Positions 26,936-37,877 of a DNA stretch of 64,000 nucleotides are shown piece by piece. Both the position numbers and the translations under genes were made by a program. Each line of letters opens with the position of its first letter. Positions within the stretch are counted from its first letter, which is position 1. This DNA comes from a virus. The DNA lies in the IMG/VR virus record IMGVR_UViG_3300050343_000270, positions 32,001 to 96,000 of that record; one strand, written 5' to 3'. The notes under the pieces were generated by a model, which did no database searches, was not told where the DNA came from, and saw nothing but the letters and a program-made list of their open reading frames with translations.

Positions 26936-27801
26936 GCAAAAGCAAAATAAATGCGGCTCAAGTCTTACTTGAAGTTTCTAGAGGGTATAGCATCATTGAT
27001 GTTAACGGCGAAGTTTTCTATTTCAAACATCCCAATAATATGGAGTCCTTGCAGAGCGAGGAACAGTATGAAATAATATATAACCGCGCCATTAAGAGGG
27101 GTATTTCTTCTGAGGAGAAACTTCTCAACAATTATATCAAAAGAGGCAAGTGGTCGTTAGAGAAGGAGGAGAAAATAAAGAGTTTGAAATGGATGATTGA
27201 TAAATCCACGACAGCCTCCTTAAAAATAACAGACGACCACCAGAGAAATGTGTTTTCTTCTGGCATCAAAAAACAAGAAGAGGAACTTAGCGAGTTGCAA
27301 GATAAACGTCATGCGTTGATTGGTCAAAGCGCGGAATCGTGGGCTAGCCAACAGCGAATGTTTAAAATGGTAGAAGACCATGTCTTTTCTGATGCTAAAT
27401 TCAAAAAGAATATAACCATTGGTGAAGATGTTTCATTTGTCGTAAATATACAAAAAAAGATATTAGAACTGTCTGAAAAGAGGTCTTTGCTCGCCGCAGT
27501 ATTCCAATCAGAGTTCTTTGATGTTTATTCGATTCAGTATAGAAACCCGATGACTATTTTTGGTGTTGATTTTTTCAATATCACAATATTCCAGAGGTAT
27601 CTGTTCTCTTATGCATCTGTTTTGTTAAACAAGCTTAAAAACGTGGAGATGCCAGATGAAATAAGGAATGATCCTGTTAAAATATTTGATTATAACCCAG
27701 ATAATAAAAACAAGGAAACTAAGACTAGTCATGGTATAGATGACATAAAGCAAACTTTAAAAAACAAAGGAAAGCTCACTGCGGAAGACCTCATAAACTG
27801 A
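26932..27801 (+). CDS. Putative tail assembly chaperone 2
   Basis: Directly upstream of tape measure. Confidence 0.45.
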   Translation: MSKSKINAAQVLLEVSRGYSIIDVNGEVFYFKHPNNMESLQSEEQYEIIYNRAIKRGISSEEKLLNNYIKRGKWSLEKEEKIKSLKWMIDKSTTASLKITDDHQRNVFSSGIKKQEEELSELQDKRHALIGQSAESWASQQRMFKMVEDHVFSDAKFKKNITIGEDVSFVVNIQKKILELSEKRSLLAAVFQSEFFDVYSIQYRNPMTIFGVDFFNITIFQRYLFSYASVLLNKLKNVEMPDEIRNDPVKIFDYNPDNKNKETKTSHGIDDIKQTLKNKGKLTAEDLIN

Positions 27802-27820
27802 TTTGGTGTAATATTTTGTA

Positions 27821-30800
27821 ATGGCGGCACCAATCAATATACCTGCGAACATTTCGATAAGCACCACTAGCCTGAATAGATCTACTCGTCAGGTTCAGCA
27901 AGCGTTGGGGCGTATTACAGGTCAAGCATCAGAATTTCAAAAATCTCTTGATGCTTCAACTGCGCGTGTGTTTGCTTTCGGAGCTACCACGGCGGTTCTG
28001 CAAGCTGTTAACCAATCATTCAAAAAGCTTATCAGCACCACGGTTGAGGTTGAGAAAAAGCTAATCGAGATAAACTCTATCTTTCAAGCTACAAACGCTC
28101 AGTTTAGCAAGTTTAGAGATTCTATCTTCCAAGTCGCCAAAGATACTGGGCAGTCTTTTAATACCGTTGCAGAAGGTGCGGCGGAATTAGCTCGTCAGGG
28201 TTTAAGTGCAGAAGAGACCGCGAAACGGTTAAAAGCCGCATTAATACTCACTCGTATTTCAGGTATGGACGCAGAGAAGTCTGTAAAGTCTCTGACCGCC
28301 GCAATGAACGGTTTCACCTCTGCTGGATTAAGTGCCGAGCAGATTGTTAATAAAATTGTAGCGGTTGATACGGCATTCGCTGTATCTGCACAAGACTTGG
28401 CTGACGGTTTTTCTCGCGCTGGATCTACGGCAGAGGATGCTGGTGTATCATTTGATCAGCTACTAGGTCTTATAACCGCTGTAGAGCAGAGAACTGCGCG
28501 AGGTGGTGCTGTGATCGGTAACGCATTTAAATCTATATTTACACGACTAGCCCGTGGAACAACCATTGAAAAACTAAAAGAACTTGGTGTTGAGATTGAC
28601 TCTAGCCAAACAGGTATTCAAAAACTACAATCTTTATCAGCGGCTCTTGAAAAGATATCAGACCCAACTATAGCAAGTCAGATAAAAGAGCTTGCGGGTG
28701 GCGTGTTCCAGATTAACGTTGTTAGTTCTACATTGAAGGATTTATCAAGCGAGACTTCTATTTTTGCCAGTGCCGCGAAAGAAGCCTCTAATGCAACTAA
28801 CGAGGCTTTTCAAAAGAACGAGCTATTAAATACTAGTTTGGCGGCGCAAATAAATAGTCTGGTGGCTGGGATAACAAATTTAGCAGAAAAAATTGGAGGC
28901 ATAACAATCGCGCCACTGCTTGGTAATTTAGTAAAGATAGCAACAGTGCTTTCAGACTCTTTAGATGGCGCTCTTGACCCAGAAAAAGGTAATGCTTTCA
29001 TCAAGGGTCTTTTAGCCACTATTAGTTCTTTTATATCTGGTCCAGGGTTGATTATGGTGACTGTGGCGTTTTTAAAGATCACCAAGCTGGTGGCTAAATT
29101 TGCCATGGATGGTTTTAAGTCTGTTATGGCAATTGGTTCAGCCCAAGAAAAGAATAAGCAAATTGAGGCTGGTATAGTTAGATTGTTACAACACGACGTT
29201 CAGTTAAGAAAACAGTTAGCTAACCAAAGTTTATCACAGGCTCAAAAAGAACAAGCTGTTCTGGATGCTATAAAAAGAGAAAATGCCTTACTAAGAGATC
29301 AAGAGAGGCTAATGCGAAATCTTACATCTCTTGCGAGGCAGAGGGGTGTTACTGGACATAGTTCATCTAGAGGATTTAAGGGAAGGGGTTTTTCGGCAGG
29401 TCACATGCAAGAGGAGGCGAACGCCAGAATGTTGGGCGCTACATCTTCTGTTAGGGCGCACAGGGGGCAGGGAACCATTGGTGGTAAATCATTCATAATG
29501 AATAACCAAGAAACCGAAATACCAAATTTTGGTCGAAATGGTGATTCTGCGGTCATACCTCATTACGCAAAAGGTTTTGTTCCAAATTTTGCAATGATTA
29601 GCACTAGCGCGTATTTCAACAAAAAAGGCGCAAGTTTACGGGGGTATACAGATGGAATAAAAAATGGGACTATAAGAAGGACCGAGGTTGGAAAAGATCG
29701 GGTGGTGGGTGACGTGAAGTTCAGTAAAGACGAGATTAACGCCGCTGGAAAATTAGGGATAGATGAAAAGGGAAAACAAGCAGATAGCAAAAAGAAACAA
29801 ACTATTGATGCATCAAGAGTCATTGGGAAAAACACAATGCCTACGGTTTTGACCCCTTCAAATTCAGGCGGGACGCGATCAATAACAACGAGAAAAGACT
29901 TTAACCACCCTGTAAAATTTCAATTTAAAAGTTTTAAAGTTGATAAAAATGGAAAGCTTGGTTTGCGAAAGGATTTTGACAGAAAATTTTCTGACACAAA
30001 AATAAAAGAAATGGCGGAAAATACTGCTTTAAAATTTGCCAAAAAAGCGGCAGAGGCAGTTTCAGAAAAGCCAGTTGATCCAAAAACTATTGAAGAGGTT
30101 GACAATGTGAACGGATTCATCAGCGGAATAAAAGGAGGTTTTGGTGGAATATTTGATGCGGCTTTAACCACTGCGCTGAGAACAAATGTCGGTGACGGTG
30201 TTGGTGGAGATTTTGACGTTAATACTGCGGACAACGCCAAGGCAAAATCAAACGTAAGAAAAATATTTGGAAGTAGATCACTGCCTCTTAGTGGGCTTGC
30301 TGACTACAAGATAAATGATGGTAATTACACGTTAGAAAGTATGATTACAAAATTCATGGGAACTAAAATTTTAACAGACCCAATCAAAGCAACAATTAAC
30401 AAACAGAAGGTAGATAGAAAAGGTTTAAATAGAGTTAGTAAAGGCAGGGGAAGGGCTGGAGGATTTATACCCAACTATAGCCAAACAGACCGAGGAGTTC
30501 CTATGTCTAAAATTCGCGCCCACTTTGATGGCGCAGGAAACCCTGTTGCTGTTACAAATACAATGGACGAACCTAACGGCTTAAGTGACGTAAGGAAGAA
30601 TGGATTGGCTGATGCAATAGGCAGAGAGAGGCAAGGAATTGGAATGCATAGTGAGGGTTTTGTTCCTAATTTTAGGCTTGGGGGTCTTGTTAAGCTTGGG
30701 GGAGCGGCTGGAAGGAAGATCGGGGCGGGGGCTTCAAGGTTATTCGGGGGGGCTAAAAATAAAGGTAAAAATGTATTGGACTCCCACAAAGCCTCTAAAG

Positions 30801-32609
30801 CTAACATAAAAAGTCTCAAAGAGAACACCAAAAAGTTAAAGAAAGAAAATCAAGAAATTCAGAAAAGGATAAGCGCTGGCAAATTAAGCAAAGAGCAACT
30901 CAAAATACATGAAAAAAAGCTGAAAAAAAACAATTCTAAAATATCTGACAACGCTAGTCAGATGCAAAATGATAGTGGTGCTGGTATGCTGGCGATGTTT
31001 GCTTTATCTGGGGTAGACACAGGCTTTCAGGCTCTGGCGGACAGCAGGAGAGAGAAGGGGGACGAAAAAGGAGGCATGCTCGCGGATCAGGGATCGGCTG
31101 CCGCACAGTTTGCGTCTATGGGTGCAATGTTTGGACCCATGGGGATGGCGATTGGGGCTGTAACTGGTCAAGTTTATAGTCTTGGATCTGCGCTTCTTGA
31201 CGCTAACAAAAGAATAAATGAAGGCGAAAAAAAGGGGGAAAAGACCTAGATAGGGGTAAAGAGGCTCAAGCTAAAGGCATTCAGAGACAAAGAAGTGCCA
31301 TGAGGAATCTTGGCTTCAGTAAAGGCAACGAAGTAATGGAAGTCGCTCAAAAAGTTGCAAGTGTGGGTCTGCGCGACTACACAGATGAAATAAAAAAAGT
31401 AAAGGATCGTTTGCGTTCAGCCTCTGAGAGTCCTGCGGAATACAAAAAAGCAACCGATGACTATATTAAAGTTATGGAAAAGGTAGCTATAGCCGAGACA
31501 AAGGTTGCCGAAATAAAAAGAATACAAGCAAGTCTGACAAAAAAACAAAATGATTTAATTAAACTAAATGCAGAACAAGCTCAAGCAAGCCAAGCAAGAG
31601 TAAAATCCGCACAAAAGGCTGTTGATACATTAGGGTTTATGAGTGAAATCAGAACACCTGAATTAACTGGCGAGAGAAGAAATGCGGTTGATAGATCTTT
31701 GAAGGGTCAGTCGGCTGTTGCTGGAGCGCAATTAAATAAACAAACATTAAATGACTTAAAAGTAGAGTTAAGTCAAACAACAGATAAAGATAAAAGAGAA
31801 GAAATAGTAGAGAAAATCGAACAAGCCACGACAGTCTTCAACAAATCGGTTGTTTCTGCGGCAATAAGTCTAAGGAACAATTTAAACCAAGCTGAATTTG
31901 ATCTTGGAAAGCTGAAAGAGACTCTAACTACACAAAAAGAGCAAACATTCGACAGTAGGCTTGGCTTTGTAATTCTTTAAAAGACAAAACAATAGACGCC
32001 GATGTTGTTAGAGATAACGTAAAAAGGCTTAGGGAAGCTGGGGACGACCCTAAAAAACAATTAGAGGCGATGGAACGACTGGCTGGCAACAAAGAACAAC
32101 TTGACGCGATTAACCCAGCAATCTTCAAAGGTATTTTAGACTCTATGGGTCTGACACCCAAAGAGCAAGAAGAATTAACTAGGAAAACAGACGAGGCAGG
32201 TTTGAGGGGTGCTGGGATCACTGATCAGAAAACTATTGATGCAATAATAGAGAGACTAAAAAAGGATAGACCTGACATCAAAAATACACAGCAGGAAATA
32301 AAAGTTCTTGAAGAATCAATAAAAGAGTCTAAAAAGCAAATAGAGAAGTTCGGGAAAGCGTTTAACGCCGAGAAGATTAGCGAAAGCACTAAGAACATAT
32401 CCGAAGCCCTAGAAAAATTTGGTAAAGGCATGGGGGACGGCACAAAAATATTAGAAGCAATAAACAAGGTAAATACAAAAGCGGCTACTGAAATAGCCAA
32501 ATCAAATACTCTTGTTAAAGAAGCCGCTAAAGATATAGAGAAAACCAAGAAAGATATAGTTTCTCTCAAGGCGGGGGTAGCACAGGTAAAAGCACAGCTA
32601 GAACCATAA
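27821..32609 (+). CDS. Tail tape measure protein (TP901-type), ~1600 aa, two apparent frameshifts (~31235, ~31970)
   Basis: AAELARQG, SAQDLADGFSRAGS, IGNAFKSIFTRL; ORFs 27821-31249, 31300-31980 and 32070-32609 join by single-base shifts. Confidence 0.85.
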
Positions 32610-32619
32610 TAGAAATATC

Positions 32620-34173
32620 ATGTGTTTAACTACAACAACTGTAACCAATGGATCTCTAAATATCAATTTTGATTATTTAGATGGGGATGAAATGTTTGGG
32701 TATACTGTGGTTGGTAATTATACTATCGACATCTCCGATATAAGCTTCACAGATCAACAGGGTGTTTTGTTTGAAGGTCGGGACGCTATAAGTTCAGCCT
32801 ATAAGCAGAAAAATATTACCGCTCGCATAGGTGCAGACGAGTATGTAAACGGACGTATAAAAAGTTTAAGTTTTGATGAAAGTGCTTTGGTTGGTTCTCA
32901 GACAGCGAATGTTGAAATAGAAGAAAGTAAGAGGCTTGATGATTATTCTAACCACACTTTTGCAAAGTATATACCCAACCCTCATCTCCTTGAATCATTT
33001 GAAGAAAGTTTTGACTTTAGTTGTAATGGTAGTGAATACAGTTACAATAGAAATATTTCTATAAAATACAAGCAAAGCACTGAGTCTTCCGACGAGTTTC
33101 TGCATAACTTAAAGGTGTTTGTATCAAACTATTATCATACAGTTCGACCTAATTATGGATTACAGCAAGATGGTATTTCAGAAAACGCCACAATAGATAA
33201 GGGATTTAATGGGATTATCTCTGAAACTATAGACATAATTGGTCTTTCTTACTCAATTCAGGAGAATTTCGCGTCCTCTCGCATACATGAAAATGAAAAC
33301 GTCAGCAAAAAATTCACACAAGTAGAAAAACTTGATGAAGCAGGATATCTTGGTAAGACGGTTACTGTTGATATAACTTCTTTACGCCGAGACAATCAGA
33401 ATGTTTTGCGAAGCGCTGTTGCAAGCACTATAGATGATATTTTATCTGAGGAACAATCGGTTTATGGACCTCCTGTATCTATAGCAAGGGGTTTTAAAAG
33501 AAACTCAAAAACTGCGAATCTTGTAATTAATTTCTCAACTGCGCCCAAATATTACAGAGACGCAAGTGTGACGTATAATTGTCAAAAAAGAAAACAAGGT
33601 TCTTTTAATGATTTCTCTATGACGGTTGATTATTGTGCGGTTGGCGTCAACAATAGAGAAAGATTGAATGCTTGCAGAAATTTTTGGTCATCTGATTCTG
33701 CTAATGCCGTGGTCAGGGCTAGTGATTTATTTCCCGAATCTGGGACTTTATATGAAAAAAACAGAAGCACATCTTTCGATTATGGTGCTGGCAAAATTTC
33801 AGAAACAATAACGTTTACCGATGATGATTCTTACAGGTCGGATTTGCCAGATGGTATTTTGAAATACAAGACGACAATAAATAGTCAGAATGGAGTTAAA
33901 AGGTTTACAAGAGTAAACGACCTTGACTCTTTTGCAGAAAAACTAACAATTTCTGATAATAAAACATTAACCAATGTGTCAATAACGGCGGAAGCCGTTG
34001 CCATACCTCAATATGGATTATATCACGCAAGAGACTTCTTGGATTCAAAAACATCCGAATTACAAGGCTTACTTAATTCAAGCGAATTTTATGTAATGTC
34101 AGATCAATATTCTATTGATTTGGCGAATGGCACCGCAAATCGTGTAATAAGTTGTGTAATCCCTACTACATAA
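32620..34173 (+). CDS. Putative distal tail / hub protein
   Basis: 517 aa, beta-rich, after tape measure. Confidence 0.5.
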   Translation: MCLTTTTVTNGSLNINFDYLDGDEMFGYTVVGNYTIDISDISFTDQQGVLFEGRDAISSAYKQKNITARIGADEYVNGRIKSLSFDESALVGSQTANVEIEESKRLDDYSNHTFAKYIPNPHLLESFEESFDFSCNGSEYSYNRNISIKYKQSTESSDEFLHNLKVFVSNYYHTVRPNYGLQQDGISENATIDKGFNGIISETIDIIGLSYSIQENFASSRIHENENVSKKFTQVEKLDEAGYLGKTVTVDITSLRRDNQNVLRSAVASTIDDILSEEQSVYGPPVSIARGFKRNSKTANLVINFSTAPKYYRDASVTYNCQKRKQGSFNDFSMTVDYCAVGVNNRERLNACRNFWSSDSANAVVRASDLFPESGTLYEKNRSTSFDYGAGKISETITFTDDDSYRSDLPDGILKYKTTINSQNGVKRFTRVNDLDSFAEKLTISDNKTLTNVSITAEAVAIPQYGLYHARDFLDSKTSELQGLLNSSEFYVMSDQYSIDLANGTANRVISCVIPTT

Positions 34174-34179
34174 TTTTAC

Positions 34180-35746
34180 GTGAGTTCAATTCAATATTCT
34201 GGTTATAATTTTCCCGAACCTCTTCCTTTGTTGGCAGAGAGTTCTACGCCGATTCATATCAGTGGTTTATACGACCATAGTTCCGTCGATGTGCAGTTAG
34301 TTGGTTTTTTAACTGGTAGTGATATTAGTAGCTTAAGTTTGCAGAAACAGGAGATGGTGAACGGATTATTGAATGAATATGGTGATTTGGTAATTGATGT
34401 TGGAGGATATACTAAGACTTACGCGAAGGCACTTCCTGTTTCATTAGATTTTCAGGATAGTGATATGACCACGATGGTTCCCTACTCTGCCTCGTTTAAG
34501 ACATTTACTGGAGAGAGTTTTTCTAATTTTTTTGGCGTGTCTTCCCCAAAAAACGAATGGTCGTTTCAGGAGCAAGAAAACCAGATAGTTCAAGCTACTC
34601 ACACAATTTCGGCGCAGGGGAGAAAAAGTTAACGATCAAGACGCTTTGCAGAATGCCATTGATTTCGTTACAGGTCAAACTGGTTTCTATAATGTCGCGC
34701 CAATACTAACTGGGTCAAATGCTTTTTTAAAATCACGAAACGAGAATATAAATAGAAAAACAGCGAATTACTCCATTACTGAGGTTTACCATTTTGATGG
34801 ATCTGATAGACAGGAAACTGAATCTGCAATAGTAACTTATGAAACCACAGTCAATTACAACAAAGATGGCGGCTTGAATGCTGGTATCAATGGTTCGATT
34901 TACGGCTCATTTGACGGTGAGCAGGTGCATACTGGGTTGTTTACCCCTCAAGACGCTACAAACGCTCTGATCCAAGATGTAGCGGCTTCAATGTCATCCT
35001 ACGACTCTGATGCATTCTCGTTTATTAGAAACCAGCCCAATACCTATTCTTACAATATCAATACTGGAGCTAATACCATAGATTTTTCATTTTCTTACAT
35101 GGATCTAGACAATATAGACCAGATAGGTAATATCGGGCATAAATATAAGTCGTCAGTTCAAGCAGATAAAGATAACGCGAACTTTATAGTGTCAGCAGAA
35201 GGGGAGTTGTTTTTTAATGGTATAAGCTCCGTTATTAACACTGGATTATATGAGAACTCAGCAAGATTTCAAGAAATTGATGCCACCTATGACGGTATAG
35301 ATACTTACAATATAGCCTATCAGGGCTGGTTAGATTTTCAACTTGGGAACACAGACTTTACGGTATCAAATATTGATTTAAACAATACTGTAAAAAGCAG
35401 TAGTGTTCAAAAAGATCCTGTTAATAACAAAATAACTTATAGCATACAATTTGACACGTCTATAGATTTAGATGCTGGATTGAATAATGTTGTTTTATCT
35501 ATAACAGATAAACTCCCATTACAGCTTTCTAATGTAGTTCCCACTATTAAAGGATTCGCATCACAGCTTGTTTCTGAAAGAACACTTGGAGAATATTCAA
35601 TATCTGCCACAGCAGATGAACAAGAAGATCGATTACAGGATCTTAAGAGTCTAGTTTCACGATATATGAAAGGAAGTTATGATCAATCAGATAGCCACTC
35701 TATTGGTGTAAATAATATAAGCTACAACATTTCAAAATTTTATTAA
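34180..35746 (+). CDS. Putative tail structural protein (frameshift at ~34620 joins two ORFs)
   Basis: Removing one G from CAGGGGAG fuses 34180-34632 with 34646-35746. Confidence 0.6.
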
Positions 35747-37110
35747 TGAGCGCGAGTGGATTACATTACATACTTACATCTCAATTTCAAAGCAATGAGA
35801 GGTTGGCGGCTTATTATGATTTTGCCGAATATAATGGAGAGATAAACCCAGAATCAAGCGGCACTTATACGGGGATTCTAAACAACCAATACCCTGCTTA
35901 TGATACGGGCAAGCATACAGCAACAATTGTCAGCGCTACAGGAGCTACAGAGGTTGGTGTGTCGGGCTTGATTACTGGAGCAGTAAGTGGGCGAGGAAGA
36001 TTGGATCAAAGCAATCTAAAGATACCCATTGAGGGATTGGATATTAAAAGCATGTCTTTGTTGGTTGACTTTCAATGGAATGCTGAAGTTGAAAATGGAG
36101 TCATTTTAGGATCTTATGAAAGGTTTGAAGAAACTGTGGGTTCTGTAGATGTAACAGGTTCGCGAGGATTTAACTTTGGCGTAAATGATAGAGGCAATAT
36201 GTTTTTCGAGGCTTATCAACCTAGCGGACCATCTATTGTGTCAACCAATTCCATAGAGATGTCCGAAAGAAACATAATTGGTTTGTCTTTTGATCGGGGA
36301 AATGTTGTTTTTTCAAAATTTGATTTATTCAATGATGTTGTTGATAAGGAAACTTTTAATTTTAATTCTTCAGAAATTGCTCAACCGACAGATTTATATG
36401 TAGGCGGATCACCTCAATATTTTAAGTCTTCAAGTGCGTCTGTGCCAACGGTCAATGCCTCATTGAATGAATTGGCTATTTTCTCTGGCAGTATATCAGC
36501 CCATAACTTAAAGAAATTAACTAGTGGTATTTTGGGTGATTATTTTTACAATACGGGAATACAGACTGTTCAAAATTTTATTACTGGATATACAGACACA
36601 GTAAATTATGCAACAGGTTCTACAGGTACAACACTGCAATCCGCTGGAAATTTGACTGTTTCAACAGGTAGGATTAGCTACACGGGAGTTTTGACTGGTG
36701 CTACGACCGTATCTGGAAGTGAGGGCGACGAAATGTATGTTTTTTATAATTACGATAATGATGGGTTAAAGACATCTTACAAAGAAAAGTTGGGTTATCT
36801 TGATCCATCTAATTCTAACGACTATGCGCCAACTGGAGAATGTGCATTTGATACGCTAGGTCTGCAAGGCGGAAACTATACCTTAACGGGTGATATAGCA
36901 TTGAATCTTGAAACTAAACTATCAACAGGAAGTTATTCGATATACCAACAAGTTGAGCAAACGGGTGTGTTGGGCGTAGTGAGTGGAGTTGATAAGACCG
37001 CTCTTTATGAAAGTGTAACAGGATCAACAGGTCAATACTCAGGTATAGTATTTAATGAATCAATTGAGGCGTTGAAAAGCGACTATATTTACTACAAAGG
37101 ATTAAGATGA
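35746..37110 (+). CDS. Tail protein with LamG/concanavalin-like domain
   Basis: LAAYYDF, GFNFGVN, LYVGG, LNELAIFSG. Confidence 0.6.
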   Translation: MSASGLHYILTSQFQSNERLAAYYDFAEYNGEINPESSGTYTGILNNQYPAYDTGKHTATIVSATGATEVGVSGLITGAVSGRGRLDQSNLKIPIEGLDIKSMSLLVDFQWNAEVENGVILGSYERFEETVGSVDVTGSRGFNFGVNDRGNMFFEAYQPSGPSIVSTNSIEMSERNIIGLSFDRGNVVFSKFDLFNDVVDKETFNFNSSEIAQPTDLYVGGSPQYFKSSSASVPTVNASLNELAIFSGSISAHNLKKLTSGILGDYFYNTGIQTVQNFITGYTDTVNYATGSTGTTLQSAGNLTVSTGRISYTGVLTGATTVSGSEGDEMYVFYNYDNDGLKTSYKEKLGYLDPSNSNDYAPTGECAFDTLGLQGGNYTLTGDIALNLETKLSTGSYSIYQQVEQTGVLGVVSGVDKTALYESVTGSTGQYSGIVFNESIEALKSDYIYYKGLR

Positions 37111-37877
37111 ACTATAATTACATAATGTCAACAGGCTCTGCTAGCTTGTCTGGTAGTAGATACAAGTTAGAGGAGCGTAATAATACAGCTTCTAAATCTC
37201 AATATTATAATATTGATTACTCTGTTATATCTGGAATTAACATGTCAAGGGTTTCTTTAAATTCGCAAACTCTTTTTCAGGCGCAACCATTTTATTACAC
37301 TGGGACAAGTCAAGTATATATAGAAGCACCATCTGGTGATTACTATTTGGATTTCAGCAAGCAAGCTAGTAAAGGAAAAATATTCCTAGATGAAACATTA
37401 CCTGTTAATCGTTCTGGAGTTGTTTTATATGATAAAACTGAGGTCGATACTGGTGTATTGACAATGCATACAGGGGGTAACCCAACGGGGGCGCTTAATG
37501 ATTTAACGGAAGATTTAATTACTCAGGGTTTGTTGGCTGGTGGTTCAACATATAGTGGTGATTTGTTTTCTGGATGGGATGTTTTTTGCAATGGTCAAAA
37601 ATTCCCATCTTATGATGAATTTACTGGGTTAGACCCACAAGTAACTGGAAAATTCTTTGCTTTAAAAAAACCCGAAAATATTTTTGAATATAACAGCGGG
37701 GCGGCTGATTCATTTGGTCAGAAATTCATCCCAAACCAAGTAGACGCTTACATAAATGGTACAGAACAGCCAATGTCTAGCTTCATTTTCACTTATACTG
37801 GTGTAAGTTTAGTTGAAGTTGGCAAGAGCGCAACAGCAGAAATTTATAAAAAAGAAACAACTTCTTACAATTTATGA
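37107..37877 (+). CDS. Hypothetical tail protein
   Basis: 256 aa, Ser/Thr/Gly-rich. Confidence 0.55.
   Translation: MNYNYIMSTGSASLSGSRYKLEERNNTASKSQYYNIDYSVISGINMSRVSLNSQTLFQAQPFYYTGTSQVYIEAPSGDYYLDFSKQASKGKIFLDETLPVNRSGVVLYDKTEVDTGVLTMHTGGNPTGALNDLTEDLITQGLLAGGSTYSGDLFSGWDVFCNGQKFPSYDEFTGLDPQVTGKFFALKKPENIFEYNSGAADSFGQKFIPNQVDAYINGTEQPMSSFIFTYTGVSLVEVGKSATAEIYKKETTSYNL

Noticed and set aside
31225-31980. Programmed frameshifts or a split tape measure gene
   Set aside because: One of five single-base shifts (31235, 31970, 34620, 61270, 61975), mostly in homopolymer runs of conserved genes and in both directions; best explained as sequencing indels. Raw reads would decide.
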